A stretch of 64,000 nt of DNA from Octopus sinensis. Taxonomy: Eukaryota. The notes beneath the pieces were generated by a model. That model saw nothing but the letters and a program-made list of their open reading frames with translations. It searched no databases and was not told the origin of the DNA. The stretch spans positions 113,460,001-113,524,000 of the forward strand of contig NC_042997.1 of assembly GCF_006345805.1 (NCBI RefSeq). The letters are read 5' to 3'. A program made the translations under genes and the position numbers. Positions 53,557 through 64,000 of this stretch are shown piece after piece; positions within the stretch are counted from its first letter, which is position 1; each line of letters opens with the position of its first letter.

Positions 53557-56030
53557 CATATATTTCATGCCAGCATGGAAAATGGCTATAAAATTGCAAT
53601 AATATACATTTAGAGAGAGCTTTATTATAGCCTCTTTATTAATATTTTATTTAAAATAGATAATTTCTTATTTTCTAAGGACATAGTACACTCCCATCAC
53701 AGCTATTCCGCTTCACATTTTTAATTTCACAATAATTGTAATGCCTGATCGTAATAACCATTATTTCTAATGGAATTCAATAACTCTTCCACTTATCTTC
53801 TTCATTCAATGTATTTTACAACCCCATCTCACTTTTCACCTTGGATAATAATGCTCTTTTCTCCATCCTCTCCTATGTTAATATTTCTTCCTGTTTTGTT
53901 GTTGTTGACTTTTTTGTTTTGTGTTTATGTTGCAAATTTAGTATATAAAATGGATCATTAAATAGCTCTTTCACATTCTCTGATCAGACTTTATAATGGC
54001 CAATATGCGTGCATGTGCGTGTGTGTTTGTGCGTGTGCATGTGCACATACATGTGGTTGTTTGTTCATTTAATGTACATTATTCTTCCATCTTTGAGTGG
54101 GTTTGGACAAGGGGTTGTTTTGAGACAGGATTTCACAGCTGAATGCTCTTCCTGTCATCAACACTGCTCGGTTCCACTGGTGACAAGAGTGGCCTACCTA
54201 CATTCATGCACACACACATGTGCACTTTTACATGTAGAATACAAGTGTAGAATCATTGAGATAAATGTAAATCAATCATTTTTAAAATGTATCTCAAAGC
54301 TAAAACTGCTATAAATATTAACCTGTAATGATTTTGGTATGATCTCTTTTCAATTTCAATGACTCCACATTCTGTGTAGCCCCACTTCCTGTAACATAAT
54401 GTGGGCCACAATATTGACCTGAACAGGTCAGCTTTCAGCTTGTGATATCTCTGTTACAAGTAAACCCAGTTCAAGCAACCATTCTCTCTAATGGAAAGTG
54501 GAACGCAAAGAGAGAGAGAGAGACACACACACACACACATGTAGGTCTTTGTAAATAGTGCATTTTCTGCCAAGGTTAACCTACAGGTGTTCAAACTGGG
54601 TATCAACCACATGGTTTCCACCTGACCGTTGTATGTTGGGACCTACAAGAAGTAATGAACATGATTCCTTTTACTCTTGACCAAATTTAGATAAAAGAAA
54701 TAATACAAAAATCACAAACAAAACAAATCCCCTGTGTTTATTATATTTATAACCTGTTCCTCTCTGACATGTCTGATATTGTAGACAGCAGAACATCAAA
54801 GAATTGTTTCAGCCAGTTATATAACGATATAAAAGTTCATTGCTGGTTAAAGCACCGAGAATGTTATTATTTGCATCTCTGCCTGGGATTTGGATTCCAT
54901 TAACATTTATAGACAACAGGCAGCAACTTACTAACTAACCATCCAGATAATCGGTTTTTGTTCTTCAGCTCATCAATTATTTATTATGAAGCGTTTGACT
55001 TGAAATTTCTCCGTGCTAACCCCACATAAAAAAGCATTTTGCTGACATCTTGATAAACTCTTGTGTTCCATGCCATGCTTCAAAACAATGGTTTTCTTTA
55101 TTCATTTTTTTTTGTGTTGTAGCTACTGTTGTTTTATATTTATTTGTTTATTCTTGTAGATTGTTAAAATAACAATAAATCTAAACTGTAGCACAAGTTT
55201 GATGATTGCTCTTAATATCAATTCCTTGTTGGTTTCGATTATTGTTTGCAACATTTTCACGAAACCATGCTAACTAGTCATAAAAATACTTAACCACCAC
55301 ACCACCACCACCACCATATTCTTCATTATTATTCATTAGCAATGCTTTATCATTCAGTCAATAATATCTGTTAATTCCACCTCTACCCCACCCAGTGTCT
55401 TTAATCTACCATAATTAGGGCCAAAAAAATGGTTTCTACATCATGCCAAGCAGACATTACAGTGGATGTTGTTATTAATGTTAAAAATAATAATAATAAT
55501 TTCTACTCTAGGTACAAGGCCTTGAAAACTTTAGGAGGGAAGGGGACTAGTCGATTACATTGACCCCAGTGCATAACTGGTACTTATTTCATGGACCCTG
55601 AAAGGATGAAAGGCAAAGTCAACCGTAGCAGAATTTGAGCTCAGAACGTAGCAACAGGCGAAATACCGCTAAACATTTCACCTGGTGTGCTAATGATTCT
55701 GCCTTCTCGCCACCTTAATAATAATAATAATAATAATAATAAGGTAGTGAATTGGTAGTCAAGTACCAGTCAAGCACTGGGCTTGATGTAATAGACCAGC
55801 CCCTTCCCCTCAAAAGCCTCTGGCCTTGTGCCTATAATAGAAAGGTTTATTTTTATGGTATTTCGCCCGTCGCTACATTCTGATTTCAAATTCCACCAAG
55901 GTTGACTTTGCCTCTTTTCAGGCTCAGTAAATTAAGTACCAGTGAAACACTGGTGTCAATATAATCAACTAGTCCCCACCCCTCAAATTTCAGGCCTTTT
56001 GCCTATAATAGAAAAGATTATTATTATTAT

Positions 56031-56960
56031 TACCTCTGCCTTAGCAAAGGAGGTATTGTTTTCAATCATGTTCGTTTGTTTGTCCGAGGACAAGATATCT
56101 CAAGAGCCACTGGATGGATTCAGATGACATTTTCAAGGATGTTTGGCCTCATGACTGGCACAAACTGATTAGATTTGGGGATTGATCCAATACCGGACAA
56201 GGATTCTGGATTATTTGTTATATTTACTTTACTTTACATGATTATGATCTTATGTTGACTTCCAAGTCTTTCTCAATTATCTCCCTTTAGGCTTTTTCCA
56301 AAGTTTTATTTTCGTTTCTCTATTATTAATTTTACTCGCGTCTCTATCTTAGTAGAAACTGATGGATAAAGAAATCAAACTACATTAACAAATGGCAGCA
56401 AAACCGTTCGGAAATTAATTAACACTAACATATTTTTATAATATATATATTATATATTATACATACATATTAACACTTTACAGTATGCTTACATATATAC
56501 ATACATCTATACATCGATCTAAAACAACAGGAATACTAAAGGAAGGCCGGAATTTAAAAGAAGAGAAAACCAAAAGGTCTCATGCTGTTCATTTAAAAAT
56601 TCCTGAGTAGAACTTATTATTATTACCTCCACCTTTGAAACTATTTTGAATAGTGAATTTGTTAACTTTAGCTTGTATTAGATAAGGATAAACTATTTAT
56701 TACTGTTACTAAATTTTCTACAGCCACCTTCACATTCCATGGCTACCACTGGGATTGACCAGGTACTGGACAAGGATTCTGGATTATTTTTCCTGTTTTT
56801 TTACTTAATTTTTGAGAGTGATCGAGTTCGTTTTTAGTATTCTCGTTTGTGAGAGCAGTTGAGTTTATTTCAGATATTCTCATTTTAAAAATCATCTCTG
56901 GCTAATCATTGAAAGGACATTGGTGTTGCCTTGGTGGAGGTTTCCACTCCCTGAGTGCTT
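56031..56960 (+). mobile_element. Helentron/DINE-1-like non-autonomous element (HINE) with an internal insertion
   Basis: Subterminal inverted repeats ACCTCTGCC (56032-56040) and GGTGGAGGT (56933-56941), a 5' palindrome closing at ggaggt, a 3' hairpin CACTC-cct-GAGTG (56945-56957) and TT flanks. Confidence 0.6.
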
Positions 56961-56982
56961 ATTATTATTGTTGTTGTTATTA

Positions 56983-57760
56983 AGGTGGTGAACTGGCAGA
57001 ATCGTTAGCATGCCAGGCAAAATGCTTACCAGCACTTCGTCCATCTTTACATTCTGTATTCAAATTCCACTGAGGTCAACTTTGCCTTCAATCCTTTGAG
57101 AGCCAATAGAAGAATCACCAGTTGAGTTCTGGGGTTAATATAATTGACTTACACCCCAACCCTCAAAATTGCTGACCTTGTGCCAAAAATTGAAACCATT
57201 ATTTTTTATTAAGGCAGTGAGGTGGCAGGACTGTTAACACACCATACAAAATTCCACTAGGAATTTTGTCTGCCCTTACCATTCTTAGTTCCAATTCTTC
57301 AGAAGCCAGCTTTGCTTTTCATCCTTTGAGGTCAATAAAATAAGTAACAGTTAAGTTCTAAAGTTTATGGAATCGACTAACCTCTCCCCACACCAAATTT
57401 CAGGCCTGTGCCTATAGTAGAAAGGATTATTATTATGGCAGAAATCTTAGCACACCGGGCGAAATGCTTAGCGGCATTTCATCTGCTTTTATGTTCTGAG
57501 TTCAAATTCCATCACGGTCGACTTTGCCTTTTATCCTTTTGGGGTCGATAAATTAAGTACCAGTTACGCACTGGGGTCGATGTAATCGACTTAATCCATT
57601 TGTCTGTCCTTGTTTGTCCCCTCTGTGTTTAGCCCCTTGTGGGTAGTAAAGAAATAGGTATTTCATCTGCCACTATGTTCTGAGTTCAAATTCTGCCGAG
57701 GTCAACTTTGCCTTTCATCCTTTTGGGGTTAATAAAACAAGTACCAGTTGAACACTGGAG
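56983..57760 (+). mobile_element. Tandem cluster of SINE A copies separated by ATT runs, the last one dimeric
   Basis: Heads at ~56983, ~57213 and ~57436. A second body starts after aaagaaataggtatttc at ~57657. Confidence 0.8.
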
Positions 57761-57859
57761 TTGATTACGTCTTATCAAGGTGAGTAAAATATGTACCAGT
57801 CATGTACTGGGATCAGTGCAATGCACCAGTTATGTACTGAGATCAACAATTACAATAAT

Positions 57860-58160
57860 ACCGATCTCTAATATATAAGTTAGCCCATCAAATCATTAAT
57901 GTAGATCATTGATTCTGGGAGACTATTGGCTGTCTAATGTAGACCTTTGGATGGCTAAGTTAGACAATAGATTGCTGATATAGACCATAATCTCTGACAT
58001 GGTCCTCTGGATCTCTAACATAGACTACTAGGTGTGTAACAAGGATGGCTAGACCTTTATCATTGACAGTTGGATCTAATGACAATTGGTCTTTGTTAGA
58101 TCTTTAATATAGACCATTTACTCTAGCATAGACCATTAGGTTTCTGACTTATGATATTGA
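57860..58160. repeat. Degenerate ~21-bp minisatellite (tagaccattggatctctaaca-like)
   Basis: tagac(c/t/a)...ctaa(c/t)a recurs at roughly 21-nt spacing. Confidence 0.6.
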
Positions 58161-59279
58161 GTTCATTAGAGAACATTATTATCGTAATTGTTGTCTCTGA
58201 GTTTTGCAGAGAGTGGGGCAGGTTTTCAGTTTGCCTGACACCATTAGCAATAATGGCACTTAAATGCCTTTTTGGGTTTCCATATTTGAATACAAGCAAG
58301 AATTATTTATTGTAGAGTAGTAGGATGTAGGGAATCAGAGTGGGGGAGTAGGAAGGGTGGTATCAAAAAGACATTGGTGAGTGAGAGGGTTTAACTGGTT
58401 TGTGGGAGGGGGTGTACTTTTCAACAAGTGGATTGCTAAGGAAGCGGAGGGTGGAGACAGAAACAGGAAGAGTGAGGGGGAGGGGAAAAAGGGAAAGCAG
58501 AGGAGGGGGTTCTGTGATGGTGAAGGATAAGGATATCCTAAAGAAGACAAAATGGAGAAAGTTCTAGGTTCTCTTCCTTCACCTCCTCCATTCAGTGGAA
58601 AGAATTCGCAAAAGTGGTGATGGTGGTAGGGTGGGGCAGCAATGCATAAAAATATTCTTCAGGCATTGTTTTATCTTTGCTAATCTTCCACTTGCCTTAA
58701 CTACTTGGCCCCATTTCTGTTCCTCTGCCATTTTCTGATCATTACTAACTCCACCCTCCCTGCCTGTTATCCCTCCCCCCCCCCGGCAGTGGGGGGAGGG
58801 TCACACACATACACACTCACACACATGCATGCACAAATATGCATACACATACAACGCCTACATATACATGTTCACACTATCTTCTATTCTGTCTCTTTCT
58901 CTCTCACAACAACAAGACACACACTTTGTCTCTCTCCCTCACACACACACACACTTCCACTCTTACACAATCTCCCTTTCTACCTTCCATACTCTCTCTC
59001 TCTCTCTCTCTCTCTCTACCCCTTTTCCCTTTGACACACTCATTCCGCTTCAATTTATTTATCTCCATAACAACCAAACACTATCTCCATCTCTTCAGGC
59101 CTCACAACCATCAGAATGGTCTTCTTATCATCTGCAGAATTTCATTGATGAGACTTGTTTTTCTTTCAGTTTCATTAGTTGAGGTTAGACTAGGGGGTTT
59201 GTTGGTATAACTACAGCTAGGCACAGTTGTTCTACATGTGTGCATGTGTGTGCGCGCACGTATGCACACGCGTATTTAA

Positions 59280-59830
59280 GATTGTTAGTGCAGGTAAAGC
59301 AGTACAAGCGAGTCAGTGTTGGTACAGGGGTACATGTGTACCAGTGCTGATACAGCTGAACTTGTATTAATAGAGACGAGGCAGTTTTGGTACAGGTGAG
59401 ACAGTGTTAATACAGCTGAAGCAGTGTTGGTACAGGAGAGCCAATGTTATAAAAGAGATGAGGCAGTGTTGGTACAGGTGAGACTGTTTTGATACAGGTG
59501 AACCTGTGTTAATAGAGATAAGGCAGTGTTGGTACAGGTGAGGTAGTGTTGGTACTGGAGAGCCAGTGTTAAAAGAGACAATGCAGTGTTGTTACAGGTG
59601 AGGTAGTGTTAATACAGGTGAGACAGTATTGATTCAGGTGAACCTGTATTAATAGAGATGAGGCAGTGTTGGTACAAGTGAAGCATTGTTAATAGAGATG
59701 AGGCTGTGTTGTTACAGGTGAAGCAGTGTTAATAGAGATGAGGTAGTGTTGGTACAGGTGAGGCAGCGTTAATGCAGGTGAGATGATATTTGTGGTGATA
59801 TAAATATAGACAGTGTCACTACAGGTGAGA
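59280..59830. repeat. 20-bp minisatellite with two unit types (gtgttggtacaggtgaggca and gtgttaatagagatgaggca)
   Basis: Units stay in register across the 60-nt lines. Confidence 0.9.
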
Positions 59831-60552
59831 CTATATAAATAAAGGTGATAGGTAAAATGTCTGTAATATTTAAGTTATTGATCATTAAAAGTCCTCCAGC
59901 TTAAAACAGAGAACATTCAATAAATATAGCAACATTTTTTTAGTCACATTAGACATCACTTTGGTGTATAAGAATCTGTTATTGTAATCAAATTTTCTCA
60001 TTATTATTATTATTATTATTCAGATTGACTGAGGCTTGTGGTCATTTTTATCTATATTGCTATGTATGTTGATTTTTAATTTCTTAATATTTTATATTTT
60101 CTATCGACCGATGTTATGTTGCCTATTCATTTAGAAGAATCTTTACACAACTCCTGCTTCATTTGTGAACGAGTAATTTTCCTTCTTCTATAATAGATCA
60201 TCTTTTTCTTTTACCCTTCACCTCCTTCTCCTACTCTCTCTTTACATCCCTCTTCTCTCTCTCTCACTTTCTCTGTCTCACTACAGCAATGCAGTAAAAA
60301 TGTTTCTGCATTAACAAAAATATTTACACTCACCTCATTAGCGCAAAGCCTTTCTGTACATTTTATGTATTTATCACAGCTACATATCCCCCCCTTCCTA
60401 CTCCTCATTAACAACCAAACATTTTCCTCAAAACCTAAGTCACTTATAGCAGAATTGGAACCAAACCTATTTACCGTTCTATATTTGAGAGATGAGGAAT
60501 TATGTACATTATTTACATTTGACAGATATTCATCCCCCTCTTGTTTGTTGTT

Positions 60553-60595
60553 AACACATTTTGGCTGATATACCCTCCAGCCTTCATCAGTTGTC
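60553..60595 (-). ncRNA. Minimal type I hammerhead motif, copy 1 (damaged)
   Basis: Minus strand GACAA CUGAUGA A GGCUG-gaggguauau-CAGCC AAAA U GUGUU. Stem II is perfect, but G12 is A and a few nt are missing in the stem III region. Confidence 0.55.
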
Positions 60596-60669
60596 TTGGG
60601 GAAATTTCAAACCTGGGTTCTCATTCCTAAGGTATTTTTCGATGTTATTATTATTATTATTATTATTCA

Positions 60670-60742
60670 GGTTACTGCCTGGAATTGAACTCAGAATCTT
60701 GGGGTTAGTAGCCCGTGCTGTTAACTACTATACCATATGCCC
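60670..60742 (-). promoter_or_regulatory. tRNA-like internal Pol III promoter (A and B boxes)
   Basis: Minus strand GGGCATA-TGGTATAGTAGTT (A-box-like)...GGG-CTACTAA-CCC (anticodon-arm-like)...GAGTTCAATTCC (B box). Confidence 0.65.
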
Positions 60743-60834
60743 GTAGGCATATTTACCATTCTATATTTGAGAGATGAGGAATTATGTACATTATTTACAT
60801 TTGACAGATATTTGTCCTCATCCTGTTTGTCATT

Positions 60835-60880
60835 AACACAACATTTCGGATGATATACTTTCCAGCCTTCATCAGGTGCC
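60835..60880 (-). ncRNA. Minimal type I hammerhead motif, copy 2
   Basis: Minus strand GGCAC CUGAUGA A GGCUG-gaaaguauau-CAUCC GAAA-UG-UU GUGUU. Both core boxes are intact, stem I has 5 bp (two GU) and stem II has one mismatch. Confidence 0.65.
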
Positions 60881-60961
60881 TTAGAGAAATTTCGAGCCTG
60901 GGTTCTCATTCCTAAGGTGTTTTTTTTAATGTTATTATTATCATTATTATTATTATTATCA

Positions 60962-61620
60962 GTAGTCTTATTTTTATCACTTGCTTTCACTGTACTACCG
61001 AGCGCAGCACTGTGTGCCGTGGGTATGTGCTGTGGTTTGCTGTGATGCTCTTATGGTTACTGTATTGAAACTGTTTTACGCAGGATGTGTGCAGTGCATA
61101 GTAGTGCTATTTTCTTTGTGCTATATATACTTGTTAGTCCTGGTGTTTTTATTATGTATTTGTCTGAATATTTTTTTATCATACCTAAAGCGCCGACTTT
61201 GATAGGAATTGTTTCTGTTTTTAGATTCCACATTCTAGTTACCTCTATTTCCAGATCTTTGTATTTTGGAAGTTTCTCCATTTCCTTTAGAGAAACATTG
61301 TCATCTGCTGGTATTGATTCATCTATTAGAAAGCATTTTTTTTCTTCATGATCTCTGACAAATATATCTGGCCTATTGGCCTTAATTTTTCTATCTGTGT
61401 GTATGGTTACTTTCTCGTTTTCTGTGACCCTTTCTACCATCTTTTTTCTGTTGTTATTCCATAGAGTTGGCATAGCTTCCAGTGTATGTAGGTCCCAACT
61501 CTGTCGTGTCTGTGAATATATTCCCTCCTAGCCAGGACTGGGCAGCCACAGATAATATGATTTATTGTCTCTTGTCCACATATTCTGCAGTTACTTGTTA
61601 TGTTTCTTTTCATTATATGT
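60962..61620 (-). mobile_element. R4/Dong-like LINE 3' fragment (CCHC zinc knuckle plus REL endonuclease)
   Basis: Minus strand CRICGQETINHIICGCPVLARREYIHRHDRVGTYIHWKLC, then after a frameshift HTDRKIKANRPDIFVRD...LIDESIPAD...KYKDLEIEVTRMW...VGALG...TAHILRK. The 3' UTR runs into (TAA)n. Confidence 0.88.
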
Positions 61621-62593
61621 TGGACCTGGTGTAGCTCATGTTTTCTGTGTTGAAGTTAATCCCACATCTGACCTTGTAGTGAATAAGCATTTCCTTAGAC
61701 TATTCTATTGATTTTGTTGAAATTTTACTCATAAAAAAATGCAAAAACTTAAGGTAAAATAACATCGTTATGGGAATTTCCATTAAAATTTCTGATTGAG
61801 CTCACAAAAATCGATGCCAGCTGAGTATTATGAAGTTTTCAAAAAATTCCGGCCTTATTTGAACTTCTAGGTATGTGAGATACCCCAAACACACACACAG
61901 ACACTATTACACACTTATCTAATATTTGTTTTTATGATCAGTTTTAATAAAAAAGAATTTTACTTTAATCTTTAGGATTACTCAAGGCTTTTTTAGGGTA
62001 CAAATATATTATTCTGAAGTAAGAATATTATTGACAGTAACATCAAAGTTTGATGATGGGTTAACTGGCCGAAACTTCAAAGTCACTATCAATAACATTC
62101 TTGTTTAATAATAATAATGTGTGTGTGTGTGTGTGTTATGAGTATTTAAAAAAGAAACAAATGAAACATTGCCAACTTGCTGAAGACTAGGTCTTCAGTT
62201 TCATTCACATGACATTTCTAATAAATTTCAAGAAAACCTTACACATGTGTTTGACAGATAGAGAGATAGATAGATAGATAGATAGATAGGGGAGAGAGAG
62301 AGAGGGGGGAGCAAGAAAGCAAGGTACAGCAACGAGGTTGACTGAGTGAGTGAAGTAAACTAGCTGAAGCCAAACATTCTGCCATACATTCCCACCTTCC
62401 CTGTGCAGCATCATTAAAGGCTGAAGAATATTGATGTTTTCTTATTCTTTTTAGTCTTCTCATCATTCATCTTGTACAGCTGCTGTCTGCTCTATTTAGC
62501 CTTTTCCCCTTCTCAGCTGTTTAACAGTTGACTGTCAGCTGAAGATGCTTTTCATTTGTGACTTCTTTTTGCAAGTACTTGGTGACCCTCTCA

Positions 62594-63064
62594 GTGCTGA
62601 TGCCACTTAAAAGCACCCAGTCTTCACTGTAAAGTGTTGGCTGTTTGGAAAGGCATCCAGCTGTAAAAAACCTTGCCAAAACTGACCTCACCTGTGCTTG
62701 TGCCTCTTAAAAAGCACTAAGTCCACTCTGCTGAGTGGTTGGTGTTAGGAAGGGCATCCAGCTGTAAAGACCTGGCCAAAACTGACCTCACCTGTGCTTG
62801 TGCCTCTTAAAAAGCACCCAGTCCACACTGTAAAGTGGTTGGCATTTGGAAGGGCATCCAGATATAAAAACCTGGCCAAAACTGACCTCCCTTGTGCTTG
62901 TGCCATGTAAAATGCACTAAGTCCACTTTGGCGAATGGTTGGTGTTAAGAAGGGCATCCAGCTGTAAAAATCCTGCCAAAGCAGTGACAGAAGCCTGGTC
63001 AGCTCTTGTGATACCATCCCACTCATGCTAGCATGGACGGCAGACATTAAATGATGATGATGAT
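62594..63064 (+). repeat. SINE C whose core is amplified as a 100-bp tandem array (4 units, ABAB)
   Basis: Units start at 62594, 62694, 62794 and 62894. The last unit continues into the normal tail and (GAT)n. Confidence 0.85.
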
Positions 63065-63164
63065 GTTTATGGTCAAGAATTTCAATCTGCTGCTCTTATA
63101 TTCACCTTCCTGTGCTTTGAAGGTGCATCCCTGATAATTTGTTGTCTACATAAGCTCAGGTGAA

Positions 63165-63937
63165 GGTGAGTGGCTTAGTGGTTAGGGTGACTGACTCATG
63201 ATCGTAAGGTTAGGAGTTCGATTCTTGGCAGTGCATTGTGTCCTTGAGCAAGACGCTCTGTCTCATGTTGCTCCAGCCCACCCAGCTGGCAAAAATGAGT
63301 TGTACCTGTATTTCAAAGGGCCAGCCTTGTCACGTTCTGTATCATGCTGAATCTCCCAGGGAACTACATTAAGGGTACATGTGTCTTATTTCTTTATTGC
63401 CCACAAGGGGCTAAACATAGAGGGGACAAACAAGGACAGACAAAGGGATTAAATCGATTACATTGACCCCAATGCGTGAATGGTACTTAATTTATCAAGG
63501 TCAAAAGGATGAAAGGCAAAGTCAACCTCGGCGGAATTTGAACTCAGAACCTAACAGCAGACGAAATACCTATTTCTTTACTGCTCACAAGGGGCTAAAC
63601 ACAGAGGGGACAAACAAGGACAGACAAATGGATTAAGTCGATTACATCGACCCCAGTGCATAACTGGTACTTAATTTATCAACCCCGAAAGGATGAAAGG
63701 CAAAGTCGACCTCGGCGGAATTTGAACTCAGAACGTAACAGCAGACGAAATACCTCTAAGCATTTCATCCAGCATGCTAATGTTTCTGCCATCTCACCAC
63801 CTTAAAGACACATGTACATTAAGGGTACAATTGTCTGTGGAGTACTCAGCCACTTGCATGTTAATTTCATGAGCAGGCTGCTCCATTGATTGGATCGACT
63901 GGAACCCTCGTTGTCATAACCAACAGAGTGCCAGTTA
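63165..63937 (+). mobile_element. SINE D interrupted by a dimeric minus-strand SINE A (63387-63803)
   Basis: The SINE D halves join at the duplicated tacattaagggtaca (63365-63379 and 63815-63829). Confidence 0.85.
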
Positions 63938-63941
63938 GTTG

Positions 63942-63968
63942 CATAACCTCTGTTTTTTCCATTTACAG
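63942..63968 (+). other. Candidate splice acceptor (possible host exon starting at 63969)
   Basis: Branch-like cataac, pyrimidine tract ctctgttttttccattt, then ACAG. The 32 nt that follow have no stop codon in any frame. Confidence 0.25.
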
Positions 63969-64000
63969 AAACCATTTATCTTCTCCACAGCAAGATACCT

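Larger units (their letters stand above)
60469..60960 (-). mobile_element. Tandem ~283-bp hammerhead-containing repeat with a tRNA-like head (non-LTR retrozyme or SINE-like)
   Basis: atttacc.ttctatatttgagagatgagg starts at 60469 and 60751. Each copy has a hammerhead-like motif and an (AAT)n tract, with tRNA-like A/B boxes between the copies. Confidence 0.7.

Noticed and set aside
59280-59830. CRISPR-like array
   Set aside because: The units are contiguous with no unique spacers, there are no cas genes, and the context is eukaryotic.
60670-60742. Functional tRNA gene (also considered for the SINE A, B and D heads)
   Set aside because: Acceptor and T stems do not pair properly and the heads are embedded in repeats, so they are tRNA-derived promoters only.
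62045-62085. Hammerhead-like uUGAUGA-ugGGUU-aacu-GGCC-GAAAC-UUC
   Set aside because: C3 is missing and the flanks (aaagtt and aaagtc) cannot form stem I.

Overview
AT-rich, repeat-saturated eukaryotic DNA with no recognisable intact host gene, most likely intronic or intergenic. The tRNA-derived SINE families and dense TA/CA/GATA/TAA/CAT microsatellites look like an Octopus (cephalopod) genome, which is an inference. Almost all ORFs in the track are microsatellite or SINE artefacts. The real coding remnants are all transposon-derived: a young 5'-truncated L1/Tx1-type ORF2 inside a (TCTA)n tract, four restriction-like-endonuclease (R4/Dong-type) LINE 3' ends that finish in (TAA)n, an RTE 3' end, and two Tc1/mariner C-termini. 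There are also TTAA (piggyBac-like) MITEs, a Helitron, a Helentron/DINE-like element and four SINE families (called A-D here). The best lead is a set of minimal type I hammerhead-ribozyme motifs. Two sit in a ~283-bp tandem unit with a tRNA-like Pol III head and an (AAT)n tract (retrozyme-like, 60469-60960), joined to a Dong-like LINE 3' end. Two unrelated motifs share a non-canonical CUGUGGA core (45158, 52411). All calls are by eye and boundaries are approximate unless a TSD or TIR is quoted.
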